64,000 nt of DNA from Malacoraja senta. Taxonomy: Eukaryota. Positions 21,352 to 34,460 of the stretch are shown here, piece after piece. Both the position numbers and the translations under genes were made by a program. The DNA lies in the NCBI GenBank assembly GCA_038087875.1, contig JAXLNO010004097.1, forward strand, positions 1 through 64,000. Reading direction: 5' to 3'. Position 1 is the first letter of the stretch, and the number at the start of each line of letters is the position of its first letter. The notes under the pieces were generated by a model. It saw only the letters and a program-made list of their open reading frames with translations. It did no database searches and was not told where the DNA came from.

Positions 21352-22560
21352 AAATAATAATAATACACTTTATTTCGGACTCAAGGTCCAGACAAGGGGC
21401 AACATTACATAAAAATGCATTGCATATTTAAAAATATCATAAAGGACGTATAAAGTCTTAGTATATCACTTATAAAAACATAAATTATATATTTAAAAAA
21501 AACACAATACATGAATTAAAATCCAGAATAACAGAATGATCAATGTCCTACAACGAGACAATGATACCAGTGTCTCCACAACTGGGATTCGTAGCGTGTA
21601 GTGCTAAACCTTATGTTTGACAAGGCCACAATAATTACATTTTTAGAGTCATTTATCCTGCAGATGAATTTATACATATGATTTCTTAGGATAGCTTCTA
21701 AAGTACTGACTCCTGCAGCCACAAACATGTTACCAACACTACACCATCTAGGTTTCCTTAGCAGTGTTCTCATGGCATCATTATATGACACCTTTGGTCT
21801 CTGAAAACTTGTCTTTCCGTAGTTCGACCACAGGTGCACAGTGTACAGTGGTGGGCAATATGCTCTAAATAGCGACATCTTCACCACATCTTCACACGCA
21901 CCAAACTTACGCAAGGGGAATATTCGCCTGTACATACAGCATGCGTCGTTGCAGATAAATATCCTCATCATCTGTCATTTGTTCTGTAATAAAGTGCCCT
22001 AGATATTTTACCTTATTACAGACACTAAGATTATTGTCAGACAATTTAAAATCAGGAAATTTTAGACATTTATCCTCTTTGGTTCTACAGATCATAACAG
22101 CACTCTTACAAGCATTATATTTAATATCATGTTCCATGCCATACACAGAACATATAGTAAGGAGCTACTGGAGACCAGCGCTAGATGGACTAAAGACCAC
22201 AAGATCATCTGCATACATAATATGGTTCACGAAAACATTACCAATCATGCACCCAGTATTACAGTCTTTCAATTGTTTGGACAGATCATCAATATAAAGA
22301 TTAAAAAGGACTGGGGACAAAATTCCACCTTGTCTAACACTATTGCTAACTCAAAATGGGGCTGAGACCCTATTGCCCCATTTTATTTGCCTGGCCTGGT
22401 GGGCATACCAGTAGGCCCGAATTCTCACAATGTATTAGGATCAAACAAACAAAGGATCATCTCTTTTTATACCATGTCCAACTCTGCATGCCCCACCCCT
22501 GTTACATTTCCATATCCAATCATTTGCCGACATTCCCTCATCATCAGCCAATCACTTGCT
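21352..22560 (-). mobile_element. 5'-truncated non-LTR retrotransposon, RTE-X-like
   Basis: ORF pieces KYLGHFITEQMTDDEDIYLQRRMLYVQAN and VKMSLFRAYCPPLYTVHLW; 3' end GGACCTTGAGTCCGAAATAAA plus (TAT)n. Clade call from memory. Degraded sequence may extend to about 23550. Confidence 0.65.
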
Positions 22561-23600
22561 CCCACTTATCTCCTCCTTCCCGGTATTTTTCCATGCTTAC
22601 AATATGTATAGTCACATGACTCCTTTTTTATGGCCTCTGTCAGCCATGTGCTCTTGACTTCTTTGTTCAGAGTTGTTTCATTTTAACAAAGTGAAATCAA
22701 AGAAAAGTGGACTCAATTCCCAGAAGCCACCTCAAAATATAAGAGGTACAGTGGTCACTCAATTCATATACACAAGACACATTGTTCCCATTGAACTCTG
22801 TACGTCTCAGGGAAGAATGTTATCTCTTAACCTATAAACCTAAAAACAGGGTCCTAATGGTTATAATCTTTTCAAACCCAACATACCTCATCCCCAGAGC
22901 ACAGATGGTTTTATTACACATCACATAGTTAGAATATAATTAACTATGTATTATAAACCTGAAAAGTATGAATTTGTTTTAGCTTTGCAAAGTCTACAAA
23001 GATTTTTAAGCTGATTCCAATCACACACCTCCTTTCTCCAAGCATACAGGGGTCGTATAAATGTCACACTTGATAAATGATAATTGCTTCTTGGCTAACT
23101 CCCACACCCTCCCCCTCTCTTGTTATCGCCAGGGGATGGAATTTCAAACTCATCCTTGGGCCTCTTTAAGACTCCTCACCAACAGCATTACAGATCAAAT
23201 GAAATGTTACAGCTGCAGACACCACTATCACTATCTAAGAGTATAGTCACCTCAGTTTTTTTAAACATAATAAATCCAACATACAAAGGTCACATAACCC
23301 TCACCCGAACACCTTTCCCCTTCACATATGTCTTATCTCTTGTCTCAACATGAGTATAATTAAACGTAGCAAACTTAATACAGAATCCATTATTATTCCA
23401 GCCTTGTTGTCTTGGACGTATAAACAGTCAGAAATCCTGAGCCATGTCATTACAACACTTCACAAGAATGTGACATCGAAAAGAGCAAATGGCCTGTGAC
23501 CAAATGGCCTGTGACCTGAGAACGGGCCCCACTGACAAACTACTTTTTAAAATATAACTTATTTTCAATACAAGATTATACAAGAAACATTTAATCTAAA

Positions 23601-25195
23601 TTTTACTTCGGAGTCACGTTTGTGACTACGTGAAGAAGACCCGTCATGGCGCATGCGCATCATTACGTCGGTCGCATTGGCGCACAGACAGTGGGAGGAC
23701 AGAGCTCCTCCCGATGTAAGTACTTTTAGGGTATTTTTTAAAGAGTTTTAAAGCTCCAGCTAAGTCTGAAACTTGTCAGAAACTTAGCTGGAGTAAAATA
23801 AGTTCCTTGACTGTGCTGCTGTGCTCTGTGTTTTGTCACAGGCAGCACCATGGTGAAGACGAAAAGGGGAGGATAGAGCTCCTCCTGTAGCAGGTACTTT
23901 TAAAGTACTTTTATAGTTTTAAAGCTGCAGCTAAGTGGGAAGCTTAGCTGGAGGGGAAAGTTTATTTTGTGGTGCACTGTGTTTTTATTACAGGCAGCAC
24001 CATGATGAAGACGACCAGGGGGAGGGCAGCAGCAGGTAAAACATAGGAGAGCCGTGGGAATGCGGTCTGTCAGCGGCTGCCTCGTACCCCTGCACAGTCG
24101 CCGACCGGGAGCGGGGCGACTTCAGACTGAGTGCTAAAAAGCACCAAAGCCAATGCCTGTCGGGCGTAAGGTACGGGGAAGTCTGGGAGGCCCATGGACT
24201 CAACTGAGTCAGGCCACAACGAGTCTGTACGGGGCTGGAGACGTTTTTTTAAACGGTTCTCCCAAATGGAGCACCTCATCCAGAGGTTGGTCCAGAAACG
24301 CACACTCCGGTGAGGAGTCGTGTGGGCGGTAGGCTGCAGAAAGGCCACGCCGGCAGCACCTGGTAGAGGGCTGCTTAAAGCACCCTCATGCATGAGGTGA
24401 GTGCAGAGGGTCAGCTAAGGTCTGACCCCGACTCTGACTGAGACTTGGAAATAGCGAAGAACGACCGTTGTCAGAGGTCCATTCTCTGGCAGCACGATTC
24501 GCTGTCCAGTCAGAGTATGGAGTGCCACTGGGAGAAGAGCTGGCCTCCACGATAGGGTCAGCTCAGTTCTGACCCGATTCTGATGGAGACTTTGTTGAAT
24601 AGCGAAGAGAGGCCGTTGTCAGAGTTCCCATCTCTGGCAGTACGATTCGCTGTCCAGTCAGAGTCTAGAATTACCAAGAGACGGGGTAACTGCGAGTTGC
24701 TGAAGGTGCCAGCAGTGAACCGGGTGATATGGAGCCAGATGGGCGTGGGTGTGCAGTGCCAGGAGATGAAGCTGCAGAGAATCCTGAAATTACTTGGCTC
24801 AACAATCACGGCGTTCGCGAGAACGGTGGATGGAGGGCATGTGTCGGAGACGCAGCAAGAGGTACTAGGGTTGCTTTGTAGCACCCATTTTTTAGATTAA
24901 TTGTCTCAGGGAAAGTGCCATTCGGCCCACCATTAATTCCAAGATTGTAGTATTTTTCCAGCCTAGCAACATACAGCCGGCCAACTTACTCTTCGGAGAG
25001 GACCTCGCCAAGAGTGTCAAGGACATGGATAACGAGGCAAAGACGGTGGGCTTGATCAAGCCACCGGCAGTCGGCAAGTTCCAAAAAAGAAAGTACCCCT
25101 ACAAACGAAGCGGGAACATGTTCAAACATCAACCAGGTCCCAAGGAGGTAGGTGGGCCTGGTTCTCAGGTGCACATATCAAATGTGACACAACTT

Positions 25196-25277
<82 letters not shown>

Positions 25278-25896
25278 GTCTCTCTGTCTCTACTGACACT
25301 GGGCTCGATGCTCTGGACACTGGATTCTGGACACTGGGCACTCTGGACACTGGGCTCTGGACACTCTGGACACTGGGCTCTGGACACTCTGGACACTCTG
25401 GACATCAAGGGTCCTGGACGTCCCGATGGACCAGATTCTAGCGGCCGCAGGATGGTCATCAAAACGCACGTTGGTACTTGGTTTTCCACTCCTCCTTGGT
25501 CAATTATGCAGTGTGTGACGCATGGACTCGTTCCACAGGCATGAAGTCACAGAGCTTCAAAGTCTTCACGTAGTCACTCACATGACTCCGAAGTAAAATA
25601 GTAAGATTAAACGAGACCTTACCAGTTTGAAGTTTGATCTTTATTTTATGAGGAGTTACGATGAGGGATTACGTGCCCTCCGCTCCCAACCGTTCTCATA
25701 AAATACAGCTGGTCGTGCTAGTTCTCAAATCTTACTATCCTCAGTTCAACAACTGTTATCTGTGACTTCACACCGCTGCTTTGAAGATTGACGCGCATGC
25801 GGGCTGGCGGGCTCTTCTTCACGTAATCCCTCAACGCAACTCCTCATAAAATAAAGATCAAACTTCAAACTGGTAAGATCTCGTTTAATCTTAGTA
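23601..25896 (+). mobile_element. Internally deleted (non-autonomous) DIRS1-like element, 2296 bp
   Basis: Same termini as 35914-40718 (TTTTACTTCGGAGTCAC...TTTAATCTTA(G)TA), ICR at 25563-25675, gag remnant LQRILKLLGS (24583-24900). No RT, RNase H or YR. Confidence 0.9.
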
Positions 25897-26006
25897 TTTA
25901 CCTCAGTTCTCCCCCATATTGACACGATCCCGCTGAATCCCCTGCTGATTTATAACATTATTTACCTCAGCTCCGTCGGCAGCGACGCCACCAACTATCG
26001 CTTCTC

Positions 26007-26921
26007 CGCCGCCATTTTCATGCGGTCGATGGGGAGACTCGGGCGGCCATCTTGGTGAGGGATTGACGGCAGCCGTCTAAATATGGTGTTGACGGCGGCC
26101 ATCTTTGTGAGGGGTTGATGGCGGCCATCTTGGTGAGGGGTTGATGGAGGCCATCTTTGTGAGGGGTTGATGGCGGCCATCTTGGTGAGGGGTTGATGGT
26201 GGCCATCTTAGTGAGGTGTTGATGGCGGCCATCTTGGTGAGGGATTTACAGTGGCAGATTATTATATAGTTCAAGTGATTGCTCCCTCCAGCCACTTAGG
26301 AGAAAGCATGGAGTTAGGAGAATGTAGTTTTATGCATGTCAGCTCTCCACCAGACTTGCAACGCTTCTCGAAAGATAAATAACACAGTCTTTTGATTAAT
26401 AGTTTATTTATTGTTGAAGAAAAACAGTAATATATTCATCCAACCCTCTTCTTTGACTCGTACACTTTAATCTTCGTCAAACTTCAGCATGTGGCTTAGA
26501 AACGTTAGAAATCTCCTCATGTAGGAAAACTCCTCATGTAGGAAAGCTCCTCATGGTCGAAAGTCATTCCTTCGCCATGCTCATCCGAACTATACTAACA
26601 AATTACTGGCTTCTGCGCAAGAAACTCCACAGCCAACACGCCCCCGACGACACAATAAATCCCACCCACATAATTACAGGCAGACAAAATTTAAAGGCAA
26701 ATGCCATTATTATGACACACAAAATTAAGCCAAATGACCACTACAGGGTTGAAGGTGGCCATCTTGATGAGGGGTTGACGGTGGCCATCTTGAAGAGAGG
26801 TTGACGGCGGCCATCTTGTTGAGGGGTCGCCGTCAGAGGTGCTGGTTGACGGCGGCCATCTTGGTGAGGGGTTGACGGAGGCCATCTTGTTAGGGTCCCG
26901 CCCTTCAAAGCGCCATCTTGA
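26007..26921 (-). promoter_or_regulatory. 26-bp tandem repeat carrying YY1-like motifs, split by a 491-bp insertion
   Basis: GCCATCTT at 26046, 26098, 26124, 26150, 26176, 26202, 26228, 26758, 26784, 26810, 26855, 26881 and 26912, plus CCGCCATTTT near 26008. The repeat is certain; regulatory function is inferred. Confidence 0.5.
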
Positions 26922-27232
26922 GAATGTACCAATGGCCCACTCACTTGTGGTCCATTCTCCCCTCTAAACCTGTCTTGTCCACGCCTCTGTCCAATGGTCT
27001 TAGTTTCCAACCCTTCGCCCACCAATGGAATATGCCTCATGCGCCTGGGACCCACACAAAACTGGTCATATCAACAACCTAGAAGGGAGAACTGCAGAGG
27101 AAAGCAGCGCGCCTTTGCATCGGGAACTACAATAGAGGTAGCAGTGTAACCCAGATGCTGTCCGACCTGGAGTGGGAAATGCTGGAAACAAAAAGGGCAA
27201 AGAACAGACTAGCCATGTTGTACAAGATTCAT

Positions 27233-27850
27233 AGAAACATAGAAACATAGAAAATAGGTGCGGGAGTAGGCCATTCGGCCCTTCGAGCCTGCACCGCCAT
27301 TCAATATGATCATGGCTGATCATCCAACTCAGTATCCTGTACCTGCCTTCTCTCCATACCCACTGATCCCTTTAGCCACAAGGGCCACATCTAACTCCCT
27401 CTTAAATATAGCCAATGAACTGGCCTCAACTACCTTCTGTGTCAGAGAATTCCAGAGATTCACCACTCTCTGTGTGAAAAATGTTTTTCTCATCTTGGTC
27501 CTCAAGGATTTCCCCTTTATGCTTAAACTGTGAACCCTTGTCCTGGACTTCCCCAACATCGGGAACAATCTTCCTGCATCTAGCCTGTCCAACCCCTTAA
27601 TAATTTTCTTACGTTTCTATAAGATCCCCCCTCAATCTTCTAAATTTCTTAAATTTAGTGAGTACAAGCCGAGTCTATCCAGTCTTTCTTCATATGAAAG
27701 TCCTGACATCCCAGGAATCAGTCTGGTGAACCTTTTCTGTACTTCCTCTATGGCAAGAATGTCTTTACTCAGATTTGGAGACCAAAACTGTACGCAATAC
27801 TCCAGGTGTGGTCTCACCAAGACCCTGTACAACTGCAGTAGATCCTCCCT
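27233..27850 (-). mobile_element. CR1 3' fragment
   Basis: ORFs 27632-27832 and 27329-27592; (CTATGTTT)n-like tail near 27233-27250. Confidence 0.92.
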
Positions 27851-28339
27851 GCAGCTATACTTAAATCAAAAGGGGATCGTGGGCATCAAGGATCATAAAG
27901 CGAGCAAGATAGTGCACTCGACGAAAAAGACGTAGTACGGTCATGGGTAGATTCATGGGTGATCTGCGGCCCCATTTCCGTAACCGGCTTCCGTTTCCAC
28001 ACTCCGATCTTTGCTTTGGCCATGGAGTCCACATCTACCAGTGTTGCTGGAGTAACTCAGCGGGTGAGGCAACATCTATGGAGAGAAGGAATAGGTGACG
28101 ATTCGGGTCGAGACCCTTCCTCAGACTGACGTGGGTGTGGGTGGGGAATAGCTGTGGTCACCTGGTTCAAGGGGGAAGGGGAAGAGCCAGTGATAAGGTA
28201 TCTGTGTCTCTTAATGTAAGGCCCGGGAGGGAGATAAACCCAATCTGTAACGTTCCATCACACTTCCAAGGAAGTGGTCTGGTGGAAGCGGACTAGAGGG
28301 AGCAGCTGATGGGAGCAACCCCAGGTTTGCATTTCTGCT

Positions 28340-31300
28340 TTCTGGTTAAGGGTTCAGTGAGTTAAGGGTACAGTGAGTTAAGGGTACAGTGAGTTAAGGG
28401 TACAGTGAGTTAAGGGTACAGTGAGTAAAGGGTACAGTGAGTTAAGGTTACAGTGAGTTAAGGGTGCAGTGAGTTAAGTGTACAGTGAGTTGAGGGTACA
28501 GTGAGCTAAGGGTACAGTGAGCTAAGGGTACAGTGAGTTAAGGTACAGTGAGTTAAGGGTTCAGTGAGTTAAGGGTACAGTGAGTTAAGGGTACAGTGAG
28601 TTAAGGGGACAGTGCCTTTTAGTAAAGGTACAGTTTAAAGGATTTTATAGTGGGAGTGAGTTGATTTAATTTGGGGGTAAGCCATGTCCAGTTGAGATCG
28701 GCCCCATGGTTTGCTCATCCTGCAACATGTGGGAGATCAGGGATATGGTCGGTCCCCTGGTGACTACGTTTGCAGGAAGTGTGTCCAGCTGCAGCTTCTG
28801 GCAGACCGCATTGAACGATTGGAGCTGCGGTTGGATTTCAAACTGGAGCATCCACGATGCTGAGAAAGTCGTGAATAGCACATACAGTGAGTTGGTCACA
28901 CCGCAGGTAAAGTTAAGCGGACAGAAAGGGAACGGGTGGCCATTAGCCAGTGTAGCAGTAGGCAGGTAGTGCAGGAGTCCCCTGCGGTCATCTCCTTCCT
29001 AAAATCCTAAACAGATATACCATTTGGATACTGTTGGGGGAGATGGCTCATCAGGGGAAGGCAGCAGCAGATAAGTTCATGGCGCCATGGGTGGCTCTGC
29101 GGCACAAGAGGGGAGGAAAAGAGTGGAAGGGCTATAGTAATAGGGGATTCAATTGTAAGGGGAATAGATAGGCGTTTCTGCGGCCGCAAATGAGACTCCA
29201 GGATGGTATGTTGCCTCCTGGTGCAAGGGTCATGGATGTCACTGAACGGCTGCAGAACGTTCTGGAGGGGGATGGTGAACAGCCAGTTGTCGTGGTGCTC
29301 ATTGGCACCAACGATATAGGTAAAAAACGGCATGAGGTCCTACAAGGTGAATTTAGGGAGCTAGGAGATAAACTTAAAAGTAGGACCTCAAAGGTAATGA
29401 TCTCTGGATTACTACCAGTGCCACAGGCTAGTCAGAATAGAAATAGGAGGATATTTGCAGATGAATACGTGGCTTGAAAAATGGTGCAAGGGGGAGGGAT
29501 TCAAATTTCTATGGCATTGGAACCAGTTCTGGGGAGGTGAGACCAGTAGAAACAGGACGGTCTGCACCTGGGCTGGAATGGAACCAATGTCCTTGGGGGA
29601 GTGTTTGCTAGAGCTGTCGAGGAGGATTTAAACTAATGTGGCAGGGGGATGGGAGCATGAGCAGAGAGACAGAGGGGTGTAAAATGAGGATAGAAGCAAT
29701 AGGTAGCAAGGTGAAAGGTAAAAGTGGTAGGCTGAAAAATCCAGGGCAAAAATCAAAAAGGGCCACTTTTCAACATAATTGTATAAGGGGTAAGAGTGTT
29801 GTAAAAACAAGCCTGAAGGCTTTGTGCCTCAATGCCAAGGAGCATTCGTAATAAGGTGGATGAGTTGAATGTGCAGACAGTTATTAATGAATATGATATA
29901 GTTGGGATAACGGAGACATGGCTCCGGGGTGACCAAGGCTGGGAGCTGAACATCCAGGGATATTCAATATTCAGGAGGGATAGACAGAAAGGAAAAGGAG
30001 GTGGGGTAGCGTTGCTGGGTTAGAGAGGAGATTAACGCAATAGAAAGGAAGGACATTAGCTTGGAGGATGTGGAATCGATATGGGTAGAGCTGCGAAACA
30101 CTAAGGGGCAGAAAACGCTAGTGGGAGTTGTGTACAGGCCACCTAACAGTAGTAGTGGAGTTAAGGATGGCATCAAACAGGAAATTAGAAACAAAGGTAA
30201 AACAGTTATAATGGGTGACTTCAAACTACATATAGATTGGGTGAATCAAATTGGCAGGGGTGCTGAGGAAGAGGATTTTGTGGAATGTATGCGGGATAGT
30301 TTTCTAAACCAACATGTAGAGGAACCAACTAGAGAGCAGGCTATTCGAGACTGGGTATTGAGTAATGAGGAAGGGTTAGTTAGCAGTCTTGTTGTGCGTG
30401 GCCCCTTGGGCAAGAGTGACCATAATATGGTTGAGTTCTTCATTAGGATGGAGAGTGACATAATTAATTCAGAAACAAGGTTCTGAACTTAAAGAAAGGT
30501 AACTTTTGAGGGTATGAGATGTGAATTGGCCAAGATAGACTGGCAATTGATTCTTAAAGGGTTGACGGTGGATATGCAATGGAAGGCATTTAAAGACTGC
30601 ATGGATGAACTACAACAATTGTTCATCCCAGTTTGGCAAAAGAATAAATCAGGGAAGGCAGTGCATCCGTGGATAACAAGGAAATCAGGGATAGTATCAA
30701 AACAAAAGATGATGCATACAAATTAGCCAGAAAAAGCAGCCTACCAGGGGACGGAGAAATTCAGAGTCCAGCAGAGGAGGACAAAGGGATTAATTAGGAA
30801 AGGGAAAATAGATTATGAAAGAAAACTGGCAGGGAACATAAAAACTGACTGCAAACGTTTTTATAGATATGTGAAGAGAAAAAGATTAATTAAAACAAAT
30901 GTAGGTCCCATGCAGTCAGAAACAGGCGAATTGATCATGGGTACCAAGGACATGGCAGACCAATTGAATAACTACATTGGTTCTGTCTTCACTCAGGAAG
31001 ACATAAATAATCTGCCGGAAATAGCAGGGGACCGCGGGTCAAATGAGATGGAGGACCTGAGTGAAATCCAGGTTGTCTGGGAAGTGGTGTTAGGTAAATT
31101 GAATGGATTAAAGGCCGATAAATCCCCAGGGCCAGATAAGTTGCATCCCAGAGTACTTAAGGAAGTAGCCCCAGAAATAGTGTATGCATTAGTGATAATT
31201 TTTCAAAACTCTTTAGATTCTGGAGTAGTTCCTGAGGATTGGAGGGTAGCTAATGTAACACCACTTTTTAAAAAGGGAGGTAGAGAGAACACGGTGAATT

Positions 31301-32665
31301 ACAGACCAGTTAGTCTAACATGAGTAGTGGGGAAAATGCTAGTCAATTATTAAAGATGGGATAGCAGCACATTTGGAAAGTGGTGAATTTATTGGACAAA
31401 GTCAGCATGGATTTATGAAAGGTAAATCATGTCTGACGAATCTTATCGAATTTTTCGAGGATGTAACTAATAGAGTGGATAAGGAAGAGCCAGTGGATGT
31501 GTTATATCTGGACTTTCAGAAGGCTTTCGACAAGGTCCCACATAAGAGATTAGTATGCAAACTTAAAGCACACGGTATTCGGGGTTCAGTATTGATGTGG
31601 ATAGAGAACTGGCTGGCAGACAGGAAGCAAAGAGTAGGAGTAAACGGGTCCTTTTTAGAATGGCAGGCAGCGACTAGTGGGGTACCGCAAGGCTCAGTGC
31701 TGGGACCCCAGCTATTTACAATATATATTAATGACCTGGATGAGGGAATTGAATGCAACATCTCCAAGTTTGCAGATGACACGAAGCTGGGGGGCAGTGT
31801 TAGCTCTAAGGAGGATGCTAGGAGGCTGCAAGGTGACTTGGATAGGTTGGGTGAGTGGGCAAACGCATGGCAGATGCAGTATAATGTGGATAAATGTGAG
31901 GTTATCCACTTTGGTGGCAAAAACAGGAAAGTAGACTATTATCTGAATGGTGGCCGATTAGGAAAAGGGGAGATGCAATGAGACCTGGGTGTCATGGTAC
32001 ACCAGTCATTGAAAGTAGGCATGCAGGTGCAGCAGGCAGTGAAGAATGCGAATGGAATGTTAGCATTCATAGCAAAAGGATTTGAGTATAAGAGCAGGGA
32101 GGTTCTACTGCAGTTGTACAGGGTCTTGGTCAGACCACACCTGGAGTATTGCGTACAGTTTTGGTCTCCAAATCTGAAGAAAGACATTCTTGCCATAGAG
32201 GAAGTACAGAGAAGGTTCACCAGACTGATTCCTGGGATGGCAGAACTTTCATATGAAGAAAGACTGGATAGACTCGGCTTGTACTCGCTAGAATTTAGAA
32301 GATTGAGGGGGGATCTTATAGAAACGTACAAAATTCTTAAGGGGTTGGACAGGCTAGATGCAGGTAGATTGTTCCCGATATTGGGGAAGTCCAGAGCAAG
32401 GGGTCACAGTTTAAGGATAAGGGGGAAGTCTTTTAGGACCGAGATGAGAAAATCGTTTGTGGTGAATCTCTGGAATTCTCTGCCACAGAAGGTAGTTGAG
32501 GCCAGTTCATTGGCTATATTTAAGAGGGAGTTAGATGTGGCCGTTGTGGCTAAAGGGATCAGGGGGTATGGAGAGAAGGCAGGTACAGGATACTGAGTTG
32601 GATGATCAGCCATGATCATATTGAATGGCGGTGCAGGATCGAAGGGCCGAATGGCCTACTCCTGT
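28340..32665 (+). mobile_element. Near-full-length but degenerate CR1 (different ORF1 subfamily)
   Basis: ORF1 pieces (CSSCNMW, IGTND, DGLHL) and ORF2 in fragments 29636-32596 broken by stops and frameshifts; 3' UTR to about 32660. Confidence 0.92.
28346..28614 (+). repeat. 16-bp tandem repeat (TTAAGGGTACAGTGAG), about 17 copies, in the CR1 5' UTR
   Basis: Read directly from the sequence; lies just upstream of ORF1. Confidence 0.93.
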
Positions 32666-32807
32666 ACCTTTATTTTTTCTCTCTCTCTCTCTCCCCCCCT
32701 CCCCCCTCCCCCCTCTCCCCCCCCCCATCCTCCACCCCTCCTCTCCTCCCCCTCCCCCTCCCTCTCCCTCTCTCTCCCTCCCTCCCTCCCTCTCTCTCTC
32801 TCTGTGT

Positions 32808-33368
32808 GAAGTCGGGAGGTCACGTTGCAGTTGTACAAGATGTTGGTGAGGCTGGATTTAGAGTATTGCGTTCAGTTCTGGGCACAGGAAAGATGTCGTC
32901 GAGCTTTGAAAGGGCATGGAGAAGATTTACGAGGATGTTGCCGGGACTCGAGGGACCTGAGCTACAGGGAGAGGTTGGGGCAGGGCTGGGACTCTATTCT
33001 TTGGAGCGCAGGAGGATGAGGGGCGATCTTATAGAGGTGTACAAAATCACCAGAGGAATAGATCGGGTAGACGCACAGTCTCTTGCCCAGAGTAGGGGTA
33101 TTGAGGACCAGAGGAGACGGGTTTAAGGTGAGAGACGAGGGGGCGGGAAAAATTGAATAGGAATCTGAGGGGCAACTTTTCCACACAGAGGGTGGTGGGT
33201 GTATGGAACGAGCTACCGAGGAGGTAGTTGAGGCTGGGACTATCACAACACTTGGACAGGTACATGGATAGGACAGGTTTGGAGGGATAATTTGCCAAAC
33301 ACGGGCAGCAGGTGGGACTAGTGTAGATGGGGCAAGTTGGCCGGTGTGGGTAAGTTTGGCTGAAGGTC
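32808..33368 (+). mobile_element. Degenerate CR1-family 3' fragment
   Basis: [18 protein letters not shown] and GLYSLERRRMRGDLIEVYKI. Confidence 0.8.
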
Positions 33369-34079
33369 NNNNNNNNNNNNNNNNNNNNNNNNNNNNNNNN
33401 NNNNNNNNNNNNNNNNNNNNNNNNNNNNNNNNNNNNNNNNNNNNNNNNNNNNNNNNNNNNNNNNNNNNNNNNNNNNNNNNNNNNNNNNNNNNNNNNNNNN
33501 NNNNNNNNNNNNNNNNTCTCCCTGTCTCTTTCCCTGTCTCTCTCCCTGTCTCTCTCCCTGTCTCTCTCTCTCTCTCTGTCTCTATCTCTCTCTGAGTCTC
33601 TCTCCCTGTCTCTCTTTGTCTCTCTCTGTCTCTCTCTGTCTCTCCCTCTCTCTCACTCTCTCTGGGACAGAGGATTTGGGTGAACATAGACCCATTCCTG
33701 CCAACCGTGGGCATAACTGCAGATAGATACATAATGCACTCAACACATAGGACAGGAAAGAGAAATGATCTGCAAATAGAAACACCATTGGCCAGGACAG
33801 ATATTTATAAGGACTCGTTCTCTGTAAGAACCGCAATGGAATGGAATAAACGAGACAAAAATATTGTCTAAATGTTTAAGGAACTGCAGATGTTGGAAAA
33901 TCAAAGGTAGACACAAAATGCTGGAGTAACTCAGCGGGTGAGGCAGCATCTACTGAGCGAAGGAATAGTTGACGATTCGGGTCGAGACCCTTCTTCAGAC
34001 TCAAGAATCATTTCCTTCTCTCCATAGATGCTGCCTCACACGCTGAGTTTCTCCAGCATTTTTGTCTACCTGCAATAGA

Positions 34080-34460
34080 GTCAAATCACTTTCACTGGAC
34101 AATAGACTACAGGTGCAGGAGGAGGTCATTCGGCCCTTCGAGCCAGCACGGCCATTCACTGTGATCATGGCTGATCATCCCCAATCAGTGCCCCGTTCCT
34201 GCCTTCTCCTCATATCCCGTGACTCCGCTATCTTTAAGAGCCCTATCTAGCTCTCTCTTGAAAGTATCCAGAGAACTAGCCTCCACCACCCTCTGAGGCA
34301 GAGAATCCCATAGATTCACAACGCTCTGGGTGGAAAAGTTTCTCCTCATCTCAGTCCCAAATGGCCACAGATTCACAACTCTCTGGGTGGAAAAGTTTCT
34401 CCTCATCTCAGTCCCAAATGGCCACATATTCACAAATCTCTGGGTGGAAACGTTTCTCCT
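34080..34460 (-). mobile_element. CR1 3' end with an internal tandem triplication of about 57 bp
   Basis: ORF 34185-34433 repeats WPFGTEMRRNFSTQ.VVNL; CR1 3' UTR follows. Confidence 0.8.

Noticed and set aside
25995-26030. ATGGCGGCGGAGAAG as AIP coding exon 1
   Set aside because: Stops after six codons (MAAEKR*) and does not resemble the AIP N-terminus; kept only as a YY1/promoter signal.
28150-28215. VTWFKGEGEEPVI as a possible Ig-domain exon for the class I-like gene
   Set aside because: Early stop, no cysteines in Ig spacing, no splice sites; adjacent to repeat sequence.
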